Assembly (NCBI GenBank): GCA_965219455.1 | Contig: OZ244744.1 | Coordinates: 1,696,001-1,760,000, forward strand | DNA from: Candidatus Latescibacterota bacterium | GTDB taxonomy: Bacteria; Latescibacterota; UBA2968; GCA-2709665 | Direction: 5' to 3' | DNA: 64,000 bases | In this document: piece after piece, positions 50,023-61,310 of the stretch | Layout: every line of letters begins with the position of its first letter | How positions within the stretch are numbered: the stretch's first letter is position 1 | Notes under the pieces: generated by a model | Told to the model about the DNA's origin: nothing | The model's input: only the letters and a program-made list of their open reading frames with translations | The model's database searches: none | Made by a program: the position numbers and the translations under genes

Positions 50023-51219
50023 ATGCTGATTGCCACGCAGGACTTTTGCTGGCACGACCGCGGTGAAGGTGCCGCCTACGTCTTCGGTGAGGACGGCTAC
50101 CTGACGATTGACGGTTCAAGAGGCCGCGCGCGCTGCTCCCGTCGAATCGACAATCCCATCCGGCGCCCCAGTGACGCCCTTGCGTTAAGGCTTCGGGTCG
50201 CCCTCGGGAAATGCTACCACATCTATTTCTATGACGAAAACGAACGGCTCGCATTGGATTGCCGCATCGACGTCGACGGTCGGATCCACCTGGATGGAGC
50301 CGCCGGCTCCGTGGATACCGGCGAATCATTGACTTTTCACTACGGCAAGCCCTATGCCGACCCTGAGATTCGCCAACAGTACGTCGTACCGTCCGACGAA
50401 CATCTTCTGACCTTTGGCGGATTTGAATTCGCGCGGGGAAAGCTGTGGTTCTCTCTGGACAAAAACGACCCGGTCGAAATTTCCGAATGCCTCGGGAAGG
50501 GCATTGAAGAACTCACCAGGATCGAACTGGTCACGGTGTCGGTTGAACCCGGCAGCCTGTTACTCTTGCGGGAATACGCGGAGTGCAACGGCGGTTCCCC
50601 TGTCTGCAGGGAGACTTTCCCACTCCACTGGGCGCCTGTTGCGCCACCGCCGGACGGCACGCCGGACGACAACGTCTGTGAGACTGTGATGCGACCCGTC
50701 GATTACCGATGGCTCGAGACGGCCACCCGGTACGGCTATGTCAAAGTCCGCATCCCTTCCCTGAAAGCGGGCGCCGTCGAATTCGAGATGAAGCCGGCAG
50801 ACACAAAGCAGGAGGCCTGCCTCATCCTGGAAGAATACCAGGGCATCATCAAGTACGGAAATATCCAGTTCGGGTTGCTCAGGGGCAAGATAATCATCTG
50901 CACCGCCGAAGGCATCACCGAATTCGATCAGGCCCTCGAGGTTGCGGACGGCAGGGTGTACAGGTTCCGGATTGAGTGGGATACGCGGGGCGGCGTGGTT
51001 CGTCTCCGGATCGACGACGAACCGATGACACACGGAGGGTCTGCCCTGTTCTCCTTTGCCAACCTTCCGGATAACGGTATCGATACGATCACCCTCCATC
51101 CGGGAGACGTGAGGGCGAGACGAAGCCTGATGCAGAAGCGTCTGGGCGTGAAGACGAAGGAGGTGCCCACGTCGATCACACATTGGGGCGCCTTCAGGGT
51201 ATACGATCTTTCCGACTGA
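50023..51219 (+). CDS. Hypothetical protein (beta-rich, possibly ConA-like folds)
   Basis: 398-aa ORF, ATG after GGGAG; host-like codon usage. Confidence 0.65.
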   Translation: MLIATQDFCWHDRGEGAAYVFGEDGYLTIDGSRGRARCSRRIDNPIRRPSDALALRLRVALGKCYHIYFYDENERLALDCRIDVDGRIHLDGAAGSVDTGESLTFHYGKPYADPEIRQQYVVPSDEHLLTFGGFEFARGKLWFSLDKNDPVEISECLGKGIEELTRIELVTVSVEPGSLLLLREYAECNGGSPVCRETFPLHWAPVAPPPDGTPDDNVCETVMRPVDYRWLETATRYGYVKVRIPSLKAGAVEFEMKPADTKQEACLILEEYQGIIKYGNIQFGLLRGKIIICTAEGITEFDQALEVADGRVYRFRIEWDTRGGVVRLRIDDEPMTHGGSALFSFANLPDNGIDTITLHPGDVRARRSLMQKRLGVKTKEVPTSITHWGAFRVYDLSD

Positions 51220-51224
51220 TAATG

Positions 51225-51500
51225 CTGTCAGTTGTCAGCATTCCGCTTGAACCAACAATCGGCTCACACGGAGACACAGAGACACAAAGGGAACCCGGAA
51301 TCACCCGAAAGGCGGGCAACCACAAGGGTTGCCCCTACGAATCAGGAATCAGCGACCAATTGTCAGTTGTCAGCTTGCAGCGAAACCGCCCTCACCCCCC
51401 GACCCCCTCTCCCAAGGGGAGAGGGGGACCAAAGGAAAACCAAGCGGCCATCAAGCGATGACAGTTCCCCCCTTCCTTCAGGAAGGGGGATAGGGGTAGG
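51225..51500. repeat. Mosaic intergenic repeat patch
   Basis: TGTCAGT heptamers; inverted GTAG-REP GGGCAACCACAAGGGTTGCCCCTAC (51314-51338); CCCCTCTCCC-AAG-GGGAGAGGGG palindrome with partner TCCCCCTTCCTTCAGGAAGGGGGA. Confidence 0.7.
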
Positions 51501-51560
51501 TCTCGAAGGCGGGAAGACGTAAAAAGCAAGAAGCTATAGGACCACACCCCAACTGTTCCA

Positions 51561-52358
51561 TTATCTGAACCCCAACTCAACGAGTTTTGCCACCATTCCA
51601 CGAATTCGCGGGCGTTCACTGCCAAGAAATGCATCCTCGTACACACGGCCCGACTGGGTGAACTGCATCGTCTCCACAAATTTCAGATTGCTCCGGTAGA
51701 CGCGCTTCAGATATGCAATGTGCGCGTCTTCAGTGGGCTTTCTTCCAAAATTGAGGGTGAACATACGCCTGCCGGTTTTGCCGCCAAACGAGGCGTGCCA
51801 CAGGTCCTGATTGAAAAATACCACGTCTCCCGGATTGGATTCCAGCGGGAAACATGGCACTTCCTCGGGGCCGACGTCAAACGGCGACGTCTCCGGGTCC
51901 TCCCGCTGCCGCGAGAGCGGCCTGAGCTTATCGTGCATCGGCGCCGCGTGCGATCCCGGGATGACCCTGAGGCAGCCGGTATTCGTGGACACGAGATCCA
52001 GATAAAACGCCACCTTGATCCGGCGGTAACCCGGATCCGACCCGTCCGGATGCCATCCGGTATCCCCCACGTACAGATTACCGTCCGATCCGATCCACAC
52101 GAAATCCGGCCCGAGCAGCTCCCGAATGGGGCAATAGATCCGGTTGTCCTCTACCAGCCCGGTCAAGACGGGATCTTTTTCGATACATCCCAGCACCGCC
52201 TGCCGCGATCCACCCTTGAACGGCAGTCCCTGCCGGTCCTCGTCCAGCACCCTGTCAAAAGCCCTTGTGAGGGTCTCAATTTCCTCGGCGGAAAAGTACT
52301 CGCGCATCACGAGAAAACCGAACGTCTCAAAATGCAGTCGCTGCGCCGCGGTCAACAT
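51561..52358 (-). CDS. Phytanoyl-CoA dioxygenase (PhyH) family Fe(II)/2OG enzyme
   Basis: FETFGFLV, WHPD (HxD), GCLRVIPGSH, PGDVVFF..LWHAS, RR. Confidence 0.88.
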   Translation of the reverse strand: MLTAAQRLHFETFGFLVMREYFSAEEIETLTRAFDRVLDEDRQGLPFKGGSRQAVLGCIEKDPVLTGLVEDNRIYCPIRELLGPDFVWIGSDGNLYVGDTGWHPDGSDPGYRRIKVAFYLDLVSTNTGCLRVIPGSHAAPMHDKLRPLSRQREDPETSPFDVGPEEVPCFPLESNPGDVVFFNQDLWHASFGGKTGRRMFTLNFGRKPTEDAHIAYLKRVYRSNLKFVETMQFTQSGRVYEDAFLGSERPRIRGMVAKLVELGFR

Positions 52359-52995
52359 CGGGGTTCTCCCTCACGGTTTCTGTTAAGATCATATAAACGT
52401 GGCATATTCCGTAATGCTCCGGCGCCACCCGCGAGTACGGGTGATCACGCGCGGACAACCGACATTATGTTTGATGGAACCTGCGCCCGGTCGGCTTCGT
52501 CAGCTGAATACAGGACCCGGGCATGCGATCGAACTTGCACACACCCTCCTGCAATGATCCTGTACGCCTTTCGTAAGTAGGCCCGTGCACGATTTTACTC
52601 CAGAATTCACATGAGATTCTATCACCATGCCGCCGCCGCATTGAATAACCGGCCGCGCCAACGGACGATTCGACGGGAAGAACGGTCGGAATTCCGGCAA
52701 GGAATGCGAAGTCCCGCTGCGAATCAACAACAGTATACGCTCTTGACTTTCCGGTTGTATTCGTTAATTTCAGTGCGGCACGCCGCGTAATAGCCTGCAA
52801 TCTCGGCATACCACCGTGGTCGCGGTCCGGCGGCGGTCCGGATCAGCGCCCCGGCAATGTGAAAGCGTTTGACCTGTTGAGAGAGGCATTTCGCCGTGTT
52901 CAATGGTCCGACTGACCTTACGGAACCCCCGTCGACGGACTGAATCCAGTAAATACCTACCTCCCGCCGTCAGGAGGAATCAAGGAGGCGCATTC

Positions 52996-54264
52996 GTGCA
53001 CGTCGCCATTATCGGCAACGGCGTCACCGGTGTTACCGCGGCGATCAGGCTTCGGCGCAAACAGCCCGACTGGCGCATTACCCTCATCTCCGGCGAATCC
53101 AAGTACCACTACTCCCGGCCGGCCCTGATGTACATTTACATGGGCCACATGACCTACAAGGGCACCAAACCCTTCGAAGACGACTTCTGGTCCATAAACC
53201 GTCTCGACCTGCGCCGCGACTGGGTCACCGCGATCGACGCCGCGCAGAAATGCCTTACCCTTCACCGAGGCGGAGATTTCCACTTTGACAAATTGCTCAT
53301 CGCCACCGGCTCCAAGTCCAACAAATTCGGTTGGCCGGGCCAGGACCTCAAAGGCGTCCAGGGTCTCTATTCCCTGCAGGACCTCCGCACCCTCTACGAA
53401 AGTGCAAAGGACACCCACCACGCCGTTATTGTCGGCGGCGGCCTTATCGGCATCGAACTCGCCGAAATGCTGCATTCGCGAAACATTCACGTCACCTTTC
53501 TCGTTCGTGAACCGACTTACTGGGGCAACGTCCTCCCCAAAGAAGAGTCCGGCATGGTCAACGAGATTATCCGGGAACAGGGCATGGGTCTCAAACTCCA
53601 GGCCAGTCTGAAGGAAATACTGGACGACGGGAACGGCAGAGCATGCGGCGTTGTAACGGAAGACGGCGAACGGATGGAATGCCAGTTCGTCGGCCTCACC
53701 GCCGGTGTTTCTTCCAATGTCGACCTTGTAAAGGCGTCCGCCATAGAAACCGGCCGGGGCATTCTGGTCGATCACCGTTTCCAGACGAATGTTTCAGACA
53801 TTTACGCCGCGGGCGACTGTGCGGAAATTGTAACCGGCGGCGACCGCAACCTGCTCCAACAGGTCTGGTACACCGGCAAAAAACAGGGCGAGGTCGCAGC
53901 GGACGTCATCGCGGGCGAAGACCGTTCCTACGACCCCGGCATCTGGTTCAACTCCGCCAAATTTCTGGACCTGGAATACCAGGTCTACGGCCGGGTCAAC
54001 CTCAACGTGCCGGGCGAAAGGAACCTTTTCTGGCAGCACCCGTACCAGCGCCAGTCCGTGCGTATTGTGTACACCGATCAGGGCGTGATCGGCTTCAACC
54101 TCATGGGCATCCGCTACCGCCACGAAGTCTGCGAGGCCTGGATTTCGGAAGAGCGCCCGGTCAACTTCATTCTGGAACACCTTGCGGAAGCCAACTTCGA
54201 CCCCGAGTTCTACGACCGTCACGAATCCGAAATCGTTCCTGCCCTAAGGGAGCAACTGTCATGA
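52996..54264 (+). CDS. NAD(P)/FAD-dependent oxidoreductase (Pyr_redox_2)
   Basis: IIGNGVTG, LLIATG, IVGGGLIGIE, IYAAGDCA; GTG after AGGAGG. Confidence 0.9.
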   Translation: MHVAIIGNGVTGVTAAIRLRRKQPDWRITLISGESKYHYSRPALMYIYMGHMTYKGTKPFEDDFWSINRLDLRRDWVTAIDAAQKCLTLHRGGDFHFDKLLIATGSKSNKFGWPGQDLKGVQGLYSLQDLRTLYESAKDTHHAVIVGGGLIGIELAEMLHSRNIHVTFLVREPTYWGNVLPKEESGMVNEIIREQGMGLKLQASLKEILDDGNGRACGVVTEDGERMECQFVGLTAGVSSNVDLVKASAIETGRGILVDHRFQTNVSDIYAAGDCAEIVTGGDRNLLQQVWYTGKKQGEVAADVIAGEDRSYDPGIWFNSAKFLDLEYQVYGRVNLNVPGERNLFWQHPYQRQSVRIVYTDQGVIGFNLMGIRYRHEVCEAWISEERPVNFILEHLAEANFDPEFYDRHESEIVPALREQLS

Positions 54265-55760
54265 TAGATACCGCCACCCTCGACTATGATTTCGACGAAG
54301 AAACGCTTGGCTTCGAAGAACCGCCCGCGCAGCCCGCGCCGCCGGCATCCTGGTCTGAAAGGCTCTCCATTTCCGCCGTTGCCCTCGGCTTCCTTGCCCT
54401 CATCGTCACCCTGCTCGGTCCCCTTTCCGGCACATGGACCGGCCTGCTGCTCAGCTTCGGCCTTATCGTGCTCGGATCGGCTGCGTTTTTCTGGTCCACC
54501 TACAGGAACACCGTTCCCGGCATCAAACACGATGGCATCATGTTCGGCAGCGCGACCCATCTGGGTCTCATCGGGTGGGGTCTGGGCACTGCGATCACAG
54601 GGTTTTACGTCGTGCTCTACTGGTGGCCCGAATACCTGGATCGCGGTGTTCGGCTCGTCGAACCTCTATCCCAGGCGCTCGCCGGCGTCCCGGCGGACCG
54701 ATGGTTCTTCTACGGCTTTCTGTACACGCTCGCCATCCTCGTGTTCGGCGTTCGCATGTTCATGAAGTACCGCCATAACCGCTACCAGATCATCCGCACC
54801 GCCTCCGTCATGTTTTTCCAACTCGGGTTCGCCTTTCTCATTCCGCAGCTGCTCAAGAGCTTTAACCAGCCCGAGTTCTATTTCACCTATTTCTGGCCGC
54901 TCAAGTACGACTACCTTTTCCCCTCCACCGTGGGCAGTCTGACCAGCCATCCGGGCGCCCTTGGCGTCTTTATGGTCTTTTGGGGCGCCGTGGCCACCTT
55001 TATAGCCACGCCGGTGCTCACCTACTTTTACGGAAAACGCTGGTACTGCTCATGGGTATGCGGTTGCGGCGGCCTCGCAGAGACCATGGGCGATCCCTTT
55101 CGCCAGCTGTCCAGCAAGTCAACCCAATCCTGGAGGATCGAAAGAGGCATCGTCTACTCGGTCCTCGTCTTCGTTACTGTCACCACGGCCGCGCTCTGGA
55201 TCAATTCCGCCACGGAAGGCCGCGTTTTCGGCCGCCTGTCCGGGCCGCTTGCCAGCGCGTACGGTTTCTACATCGGCGCCCTGTTTTCCGGCGTCATCGG
55301 CGTGGGTTTCTATCCTCTGATGGGAAGCCGCGTCTGGTGCCGTTTCGGCTGCCCCATGGCCGCAATTCTGGGCATCTTCCAGCGTTTCTTCTCCCGCTTC
55401 CGAATCACCACCAACGGCGGCCAGTGCATGTCCTGCGGCAACTGCTCCACATACTGCGAAATGGGCATCGACGTCCGGGCGTACGCCCAGCGCGGCGAAA
55501 ACATCGTACGGGCTTCGTGCGTGGGATGCGGCATCTGCTCCGCCGTCTGCCCGCGCGGCGTGCTCAAACTGGAAAACGGTTCCACGCACGCCGACCGGTA
55601 TCCAGGCGCCGATCGGCCCCTGGCGGCCTTCCAGGAAGCGTTGAGCGCGGCAAAAGTCTACGAGGGGAAAAACGGGTCGGCTGCTGCGCCTGAACCCGTC
55701 GATCCTTCCCTCCACAGCCAGCGCAGGCCGCTCAAATCGCAATTCAGGCGGCGTCTATAA
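54261..55760 (+). CDS. Integral membrane 4Fe-4S binding protein (NapH/MauN-like)
   Basis: Many TM segments; YCSWVCGCG, WCRFGCP, CMSCGNCSTYC, CVGCGICSAVCP; ATGA overlap with upstream gene. Confidence 0.88.
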   Translation: MIDTATLDYDFDEETLGFEEPPAQPAPPASWSERLSISAVALGFLALIVTLLGPLSGTWTGLLLSFGLIVLGSAAFFWSTYRNTVPGIKHDGIMFGSATHLGLIGWGLGTAITGFYVVLYWWPEYLDRGVRLVEPLSQALAGVPADRWFFYGFLYTLAILVFGVRMFMKYRHNRYQIIRTASVMFFQLGFAFLIPQLLKSFNQPEFYFTYFWPLKYDYLFPSTVGSLTSHPGALGVFMVFWGAVATFIATPVLTYFYGKRWYCSWVCGCGGLAETMGDPFRQLSSKSTQSWRIERGIVYSVLVFVTVTTAALWINSATEGRVFGRLSGPLASAYGFYIGALFSGVIGVGFYPLMGSRVWCRFGCPMAAILGIFQRFFSRFRITTNGGQCMSCGNCSTYCEMGIDVRAYAQRGENIVRASCVGCGICSAVCPRGVLKLENGSTHADRYPGADRPLAAFQEALSAAKVYEGKNGSAAAPEPVDPSLHSQRRPLKSQFRRRL

Positions 55761-57972
55761 TGGTATTGAAGGTCTGGCTGGGACGCATTGCCCGGGCCGT
55801 CAGGACCGGATCGGGCACATAATAGCCGCCGAGATCAACGGGCGCACCTTGAGCGGCCAATACTTCGGCAGTAATCCTGTCCTCGTTGTGCTCGAGTTTT
55901 TTCGCAACGTCCCCGAACCGCGCTTTCAGTTCCGAGTCACTGTCCTGCGCCGCCAGGGCCTGCGCCCAGTACATCGCGAGATAGAAGGTGCTGCCCCGGT
56001 TGTCGATCTCGTTCACCGTGCGAGAGGGCGACCGTGAGTTCTCCAGGTATCTCGTGATGGCCTGATCCAGCGTATCGGCGAATAGCGCGGCCTTTGTATT
56101 CCCGGTGTTTTCCACAATCAGGCGAAACGAGGGCACGAGGGCGCAGTATTCCCCCAGCGAGTCCCACCTCAAGTGCCCCTCGTCCAGGAACTGCCGGACG
56201 TGCTTGGGCGCCGATCCGCCCGCCCCGGTCTCGAACAGCCCGCCGCCGTTCATCAATCTCACGATAGACAGCATCCTCGCGCTGGTTCCGAGTTCCAGAA
56301 TAGGGAAGAGATCCGTCAGATAGTCACGAAGTACGTTGCCCGTCGCCGCAATCGTATCTTCTCCCCTGCGGATCCGTTCCAGCGAAAACCGCATCGCGTC
56401 CTGAGGCCTCATCACGCGGACGTCCAGACCCGAAGTGTCATGCTCGGGCAGATAGGCATTCAGTTTCCTGATGATTTCCGCATCGTGCGCCCTGCGTTGG
56501 TCCAACCAGAACACCACCGGCGTGGCGGAGGCTTTCGCTCGTTTCACGGCCAGGCCGACCCAGTCTCGAATCGCGGCGTCCTTCGTCTGGCACATTCGGA
56601 AGATATCGCCGACTTCGACCGCTTGGTCGAGCATCACGTTACCGGACAGGTCGACAACGCGAATCTCTCCTTCGGCAGGTGCTTCAAACGTCTTGTCGTG
56701 CGACCCGTACTCCTCGGCCTTCTGCGCCATAAGACCCACGTTGGACACGCTGCCCATTGTGGCCGGATCGAACTGCCCCCGCGCTTTCGCGTCTTCGAGA
56801 ATCTCCTTATACATGGTCGCATAACATCGGTCGGGCACCATGGCGATCGTATCCTTCGGTTCTCCGTCCCGATTCCACATCTTGCCGCCGTCGCGGACCA
56901 CGTTCGGCATTGAAGCATCGATAATGACGTCGTTGGGCATATGCAGGTTGGTGATACCGCGATCGGAATCGACCATGGCCAGTCCCGGACGACTGACGTA
57001 AACCGATGTAAAATCGGCCTCGATCTCGGCCTTTTTGTCCGCGGGCAGGCGGTCGAGCCGGCCCAGCACATCGGCCAGGCCGTAGTTCACGTCGGCCCCG
57101 ACCGCTTCCAGCGTATCGGCATGTTTGTCCAGCGCCTCCTGGAAATACACCGACACACAGTGGCCGAACATAATGGGATCGGAGACTTTCATCATCGTGG
57201 ATTTGAGATGCAGTGACAGCAGCGCCCCTTCCCGCTTTGCAGCGTCTATCTGCTCCGCATAGAATCGCCGGAGGGCTCTCACGTTCATCACCGCGGTGTC
57301 GACCACCTCGCAGGCTTCCAGCGATATCCCGTCTTTGAGCAGGGTTACCTGGCCGTCGTCAGCCACGAACTCGATCCGCACACTGTTCGCCGCGCTCACT
57401 GTTCTCGATTTCTCGCTCTCGAAAAAATCCCTTCCGGTCATGTGGGCGACCCGGGCCCTGGATCCGGACTCCGGCCATGGCCGCATCATTTTATGGGGAT
57501 GTTTCCGGAAGAATTCCTTGACCGACGCCGCGGCGCGCCGGTCCGAGTTTCCCTCCCTCAGAACCGGATTGACCGCGGAGCCGAGCACCACCGCGAATCG
57601 GGCCTGCAGCGCGCGCTCGGCGTCGTTCCGGGGTTCGTCAGGATAGTCGGAAATGTCGTAGTCCCTGTCCTGCAACTCCTTAATTGCCGCCTTCAGTTGC
57701 GGGACCGTCGCGCTGATATTGGGGAGTTTGAGAATATTGGCCTCGGGTTTCCGGGTCAGGGCGCCGAGTTCACTCAGACAATCGGGAATACGCTGCGCTT
57801 CGGTCAGGTTTTCCGGGAAGTTGGCAATGATCCTGCCGGCAAGCGAGATGTCGCTGAGTTCGACTTCGATGCCGGATCCCCGGGTGTACGACTGAACAAT
57901 CGGCAGTAACGCACAGGTGGCAAGCGCGGGCGCTTCGTCGATCTTCGTCCAGGTGATTTTTGCTGTTGCCAT
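55744..57972 (-). CDS. icd: Monomeric NADP-dependent isocitrate dehydrogenase
   Basis: 742 aa; [71 protein letters not shown]. Confidence 0.96.
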   Translation of the reverse strand: MATAKITWTKIDEAPALATCALLPIVQSYTRGSGIEVELSDISLAGRIIANFPENLTEAQRIPDCLSELGALTRKPEANILKLPNISATVPQLKAAIKELQDRDYDISDYPDEPRNDAERALQARFAVVLGSAVNPVLREGNSDRRAAASVKEFFRKHPHKMMRPWPESGSRARVAHMTGRDFFESEKSRTVSAANSVRIEFVADDGQVTLLKDGISLEACEVVDTAVMNVRALRRFYAEQIDAAKREGALLSLHLKSTMMKVSDPIMFGHCVSVYFQEALDKHADTLEAVGADVNYGLADVLGRLDRLPADKKAEIEADFTSVYVSRPGLAMVDSDRGITNLHMPNDVIIDASMPNVVRDGGKMWNRDGEPKDTIAMVPDRCYATMYKEILEDAKARGQFDPATMGSVSNVGLMAQKAEEYGSHDKTFEAPAEGEIRVVDLSGNVMLDQAVEVGDIFRMCQTKDAAIRDWVGLAVKRAKASATPVVFWLDQRRAHDAEIIRKLNAYLPEHDTSGLDVRVMRPQDAMRFSLERIRRGEDTIAATGNVLRDYLTDLFPILELGTSARMLSIVRLMNGGGLFETGAGGSAPKHVRQFLDEGHLRWDSLGEYCALVPSFRLIVENTGNTKAALFADTLDQAITRYLENSRSPSRTVNEIDNRGSTFYLAMYWAQALAAQDSDSELKARFGDVAKKLEHNEDRITAEVLAAQGAPVDLGGYYVPDPVLTARAMRPSQTFNTIIDAA

Positions 57973-58030
57973 TTACGGTCCTTTCCTTCACATGTGGAAT
58001 CAACGGGCGTGAGACGCGTCTCGGCCCAAC

Positions 58031-61000
58031 TTACGCGCCGACGCGCAGAAATCGCATACCGGAATTCTCCCGCCCGAATACCAATACGTCCTTTTCACCG
58101 TCCGGCCGGTGAACCGCCAGGCGTTCGCCGTCCCAACCGCAAGCGGGCGATTCGGTCTCATGGCGTTCCGGCCAGATAACGGCGAGCAACTCGATCTCCC
58201 GTTCCGCCGCCGTGGTTGCGTGAAGCGCCCGCTCCGTGAGTCGGGTCATCACGCAGTCCGGCGAGGGCACGCGGTGTGTCGTAACCGCCGATCCGGCAAA
58301 CGCCATTGACAGTCGCGTCTTCTTGCCACGGATCTCGCACCGCCCGGCATCGCTGTGTATTTCCCCGGCCGTTTGCGCCATAAACGTCACCCGGACCGGG
58401 CGGTCAGCCCTTACTTCGTCCACGACAACCAGGTACCGTCCGTCCACCATGATGATATGCCGCCGGACCCGGCTGACGCCCTCTCCGAACGAACGGTCCG
58501 CCTCCGCCGCGATGGCGAGATGCCGGGACGCCTCCTCCCAATACAGGAACGTGCCCGTACCCGGCCCCTGCGGCTTGCCGTTTACCAGCGTGGTGCTGTA
58601 TCCCTCCGGCGGCGTACTGTAGTCGTGGCTTCGCCGGATCAGCGGTTCTCCTCCCGCCACCACCTGGATCGCGTTCAGATCCCGGCTCGAATGCCCGAAA
58701 CCGGGAGCGGCGTACCCGCTCTTGAATGACACGTACAGCGCCGGGTCCGGCCAACCCGAGGCGAGCGCGGCCCAACGGATCTCCTCGTAGACCTGCAGGC
58801 GCTTTAACCCCGTCATTTCCGATCCCAACGCCGCGGGTGCGGGCCTGTCGCCCACCGCGGTACGCGGCGCGGGGGGCAGATAGGGAATCCCGGGAGAACG
58901 CCACATGACCGTATTCCAATCCGAACGCCTGTTTTCACCTCCACCGCCGTACGCATCCGCATATAGGGAGAAAACGGGCTCGTTATACCGGCGCGCCAGC
59001 AGATGAAGAAAAGGGGCCGCTCCTTCATTCATGCCGTCGTTGAACCCGGCCGGCACGCCCCGAGGCGTAAAGTAAATGGGGAAATATCCCGTGTTCCGCA
59101 TGCCGGCCAGTGAAAAAACCCCGTCGTCCGCACCCGTTGCGGACTCCATCGCCGCACCGTGCAATATCACCCCGCGCAGGAACACCGCCCAGTAGTTTAT
59201 GGATTCCGGCCAGGACCCGTCAGGCGGGAACGCACGCATCGGCGTTCCGATGTCTTCCCTGGCAATCCTGAGGACGGCTTCCGCGTCCAGCGCCTCATCC
59301 CTGAGGCAAAGCGCCAGCGCGGTCGCCACGCTATCCGAAATTGGCGTCAGATTTGCAATCCTCCCCTTCCAATAGGCCTGATTGTTCTCCATGGCCCACA
59401 GGTACACCAGCAACCCGTTCTCTACCAATCGATCGCTCAGCACCCGCCGCTCGTCCGGCGTGAACAGGCCCCCAAGCCAGTCCATCGCCAGTGCGCAATA
59501 CATCGCCTTCCACATCAGGTCGGGGTCCGCCCCGTATACCCTCGGGTCTCCCCAGAGCACGTGTTCCACGAGCACCCGGACCATCTTATTGGCAAGCAAC
59601 CCGTACCGGACATCTCCCTCGATCAGATAAACGAGAGCCGCAGCCATCATCTGGTGAGGGTCCCGCTGAAAGAGCGTATCTTCCGCGTGGCCCTGCATCA
59701 GCAGCTCTTCGCCGGCCAGCAGGTCGTCGATCCCGATCTCACGGACCTCCGTCCCCTCGGGTGAGAGGCTGCGTTCCAGAATCGTACCCCGTTCAAGCAC
59801 CTCATCCACCCCGGCCTTCATCGCCAGATAATGCGGTTTCAGACCCCCTTCCTTCGCCTCCACCCGCAGCCGTACGACGTCTTCGTGGCCCAACATCACA
59901 AAGGGCTGAGGCCTCGCACCCATTACGTTACACGGGCATTCCAGATGGCCTGCCGCGTTCAACCCCGCCGGGGTCAGACGCAATACGTAACGCCCCCTGG
60001 GCACTTCTCCGATACCCACGTCAAAGGCCACGTCGTCCGAATCCGCCAGGACCCGGCCCCTGTCCAGGGCCTCGCCCGCGTCATTCACCAGCGACGCCTG
60101 CCACTGTGTGCCCGCAAGGCCTTCCCCTGACATCCGAAACCGGCCCGTGCCGCGCTGATTGTTGCCCAGACACAACGGATCCAGGCGGACACGCCGGGAT
60201 GGGTTAAACTCACACCGCTCATCCGCCAGCATCGCCCCGGTCTCAGGATCGGATACCGAAACCGTGAGACGGTACGGATACAGAAAACCCCTGAACGCAC
60301 CGAACGTATAATCCAGCAGCATCCTCATCTCTCCGGCGCCCTGAACCCTGTCTACAAATACCGTCTCCCTGCCATACGGATCCGCAAGCACGACGCGTAC
60401 ATCAAGCGTATCGGGCAGTGTCGGCGCGGGCCTTAGATTCAAATCCAACGCCTTTTGCGTCGGGCCCACGTCGCGCAGCCTCAAGTCCCCGATTGTCAGC
60501 CGAGGGCTCAGCACCAGGCGGCCCAGCCGGTCGGCCCGTAGCGGATCACTAGCGGTTGGATACCGCATCATCCGGCTCAACGTGCTGACTTCCAGCCCCG
60601 GCTGGATGCGCGTGAGACCGTTGACCACAAACCCGCCGGATAGCATCGCGGGCGGCGGCGTGTCCGTCCAATTCACGAACCGCGCGACGTTGAGAGGAAG
60701 CTGCAGCCCGGGTCGCGGCCGTACGCCGAACATCGCCCACGGTACCGTCAGGCGCGCCGACCAACCGTTCCCTGGCGGCTCGACGTCAAACGTCGCCCGC
60801 CCCGCTCCTTCCGGCAACATGGCCGTCCCATCCGACATACACTCGAACTGGAGAAGGTTGTCTCCCCCCGGGGCCACCATCACGACAATACGATCTTCCC
60901 CGTCGGTCTGCCCTTCGCATGCGGCCGAGACCACCAGCGCCTCCTCGGTCCAACACGCAAAAACCCGTGTACGTCCCATGGGTTGATTAAGAAGCGGCCT

Positions 61001-61189
61001 GACGGGATCCATCATATTTCGCGTGCCCCGACGCTTTGCGTACTCGAATCCGGTCAGCTTGGAGCTGTGACGGCTATCCCAGATATGCTTCGCGATCTCC
61101 ATCCGGGCAAGTTCGCCCAGCGCCGTGGGTTCACGCCCCACGGGCCATTCGTCTTTCCGTTCCAGTTCGATTTCCATTTCGCGAGTCAA
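58031..61189 (-). CDS. Large heparinase II/III-like protein with N-terminal CBM9-like domain
   Basis: W.ARLTVPWAMFG...LNVAR (CBM9-like); PDGSWPESINYW, FND, FKSG, YLVVVDEV. Confidence 0.65.
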   Translation of the reverse strand: MTREMEIELERKDEWPVGREPTALGELARMEIAKHIWDSRHSSKLTGFEYAKRRGTRNMMDPVRPLLNQPMGRTRVFACWTEEALVVSAACEGQTDGEDRIVVMVAPGGDNLLQFECMSDGTAMLPEGAGRATFDVEPPGNGWSARLTVPWAMFGVRPRPGLQLPLNVARFVNWTDTPPPAMLSGGFVVNGLTRIQPGLEVSTLSRMMRYPTASDPLRADRLGRLVLSPRLTIGDLRLRDVGPTQKALDLNLRPAPTLPDTLDVRVVLADPYGRETVFVDRVQGAGEMRMLLDYTFGAFRGFLYPYRLTVSVSDPETGAMLADERCEFNPSRRVRLDPLCLGNNQRGTGRFRMSGEGLAGTQWQASLVNDAGEALDRGRVLADSDDVAFDVGIGEVPRGRYVLRLTPAGLNAAGHLECPCNVMGARPQPFVMLGHEDVVRLRVEAKEGGLKPHYLAMKAGVDEVLERGTILERSLSPEGTEVREIGIDDLLAGEELLMQGHAEDTLFQRDPHQMMAAALVYLIEGDVRYGLLANKMVRVLVEHVLWGDPRVYGADPDLMWKAMYCALAMDWLGGLFTPDERRVLSDRLVENGLLVYLWAMENNQAYWKGRIANLTPISDSVATALALCLRDEALDAEAVLRIAREDIGTPMRAFPPDGSWPESINYWAVFLRGVILHGAAMESATGADDGVFSLAGMRNTGYFPIYFTPRGVPAGFNDGMNEGAAPFLHLLARRYNEPVFSLYADAYGGGGENRRSDWNTVMWRSPGIPYLPPAPRTAVGDRPAPAALGSEMTGLKRLQVYEEIRWAALASGWPDPALYVSFKSGYAAPGFGHSSRDLNAIQVVAGGEPLIRRSHDYSTPPEGYSTTLVNGKPQGPGTGTFLYWEEASRHLAIAAEADRSFGEGVSRVRRHIIMVDGRYLVVVDEVRADRPVRVTFMAQTAGEIHSDAGRCEIRGKKTRLSMAFAGSAVTTHRVPSPDCVMTRLTERALHATTAAEREIELLAVIWPERHETESPACGWDGERLAVHRPDGEKDVLVFGRENSGMRFLRVGA

Positions 61190-61310
61190 TTTGTAGTCCT
61201 CTTACCACGCCGGTCCACGTATTAGCGAGAGCAGTAATAGGGATCATAGTCCCATCGCCAGCCATCAGGCTGCCGAAACGTGGTCATTGCGTGCGTTATT
61301 TGCGCTGCGT

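Noticed and set aside
52780-52980. Riboswitch (e.g. cobalamin) ahead of the oxidoreductase operon
   Set aside because: No B12-box or other recognisable consensus
53643-54260. N-terminal extension of the 4Fe-4S membrane protein as a 705-aa ORF
   Set aside because: Overlaps the oxidoreductase in another frame with Arg/Pro-rich noise; real start is the coupled ATG at 54261. Similar over-extensions were trimmed for NUDIX, AAC(3), ilvC and 50023
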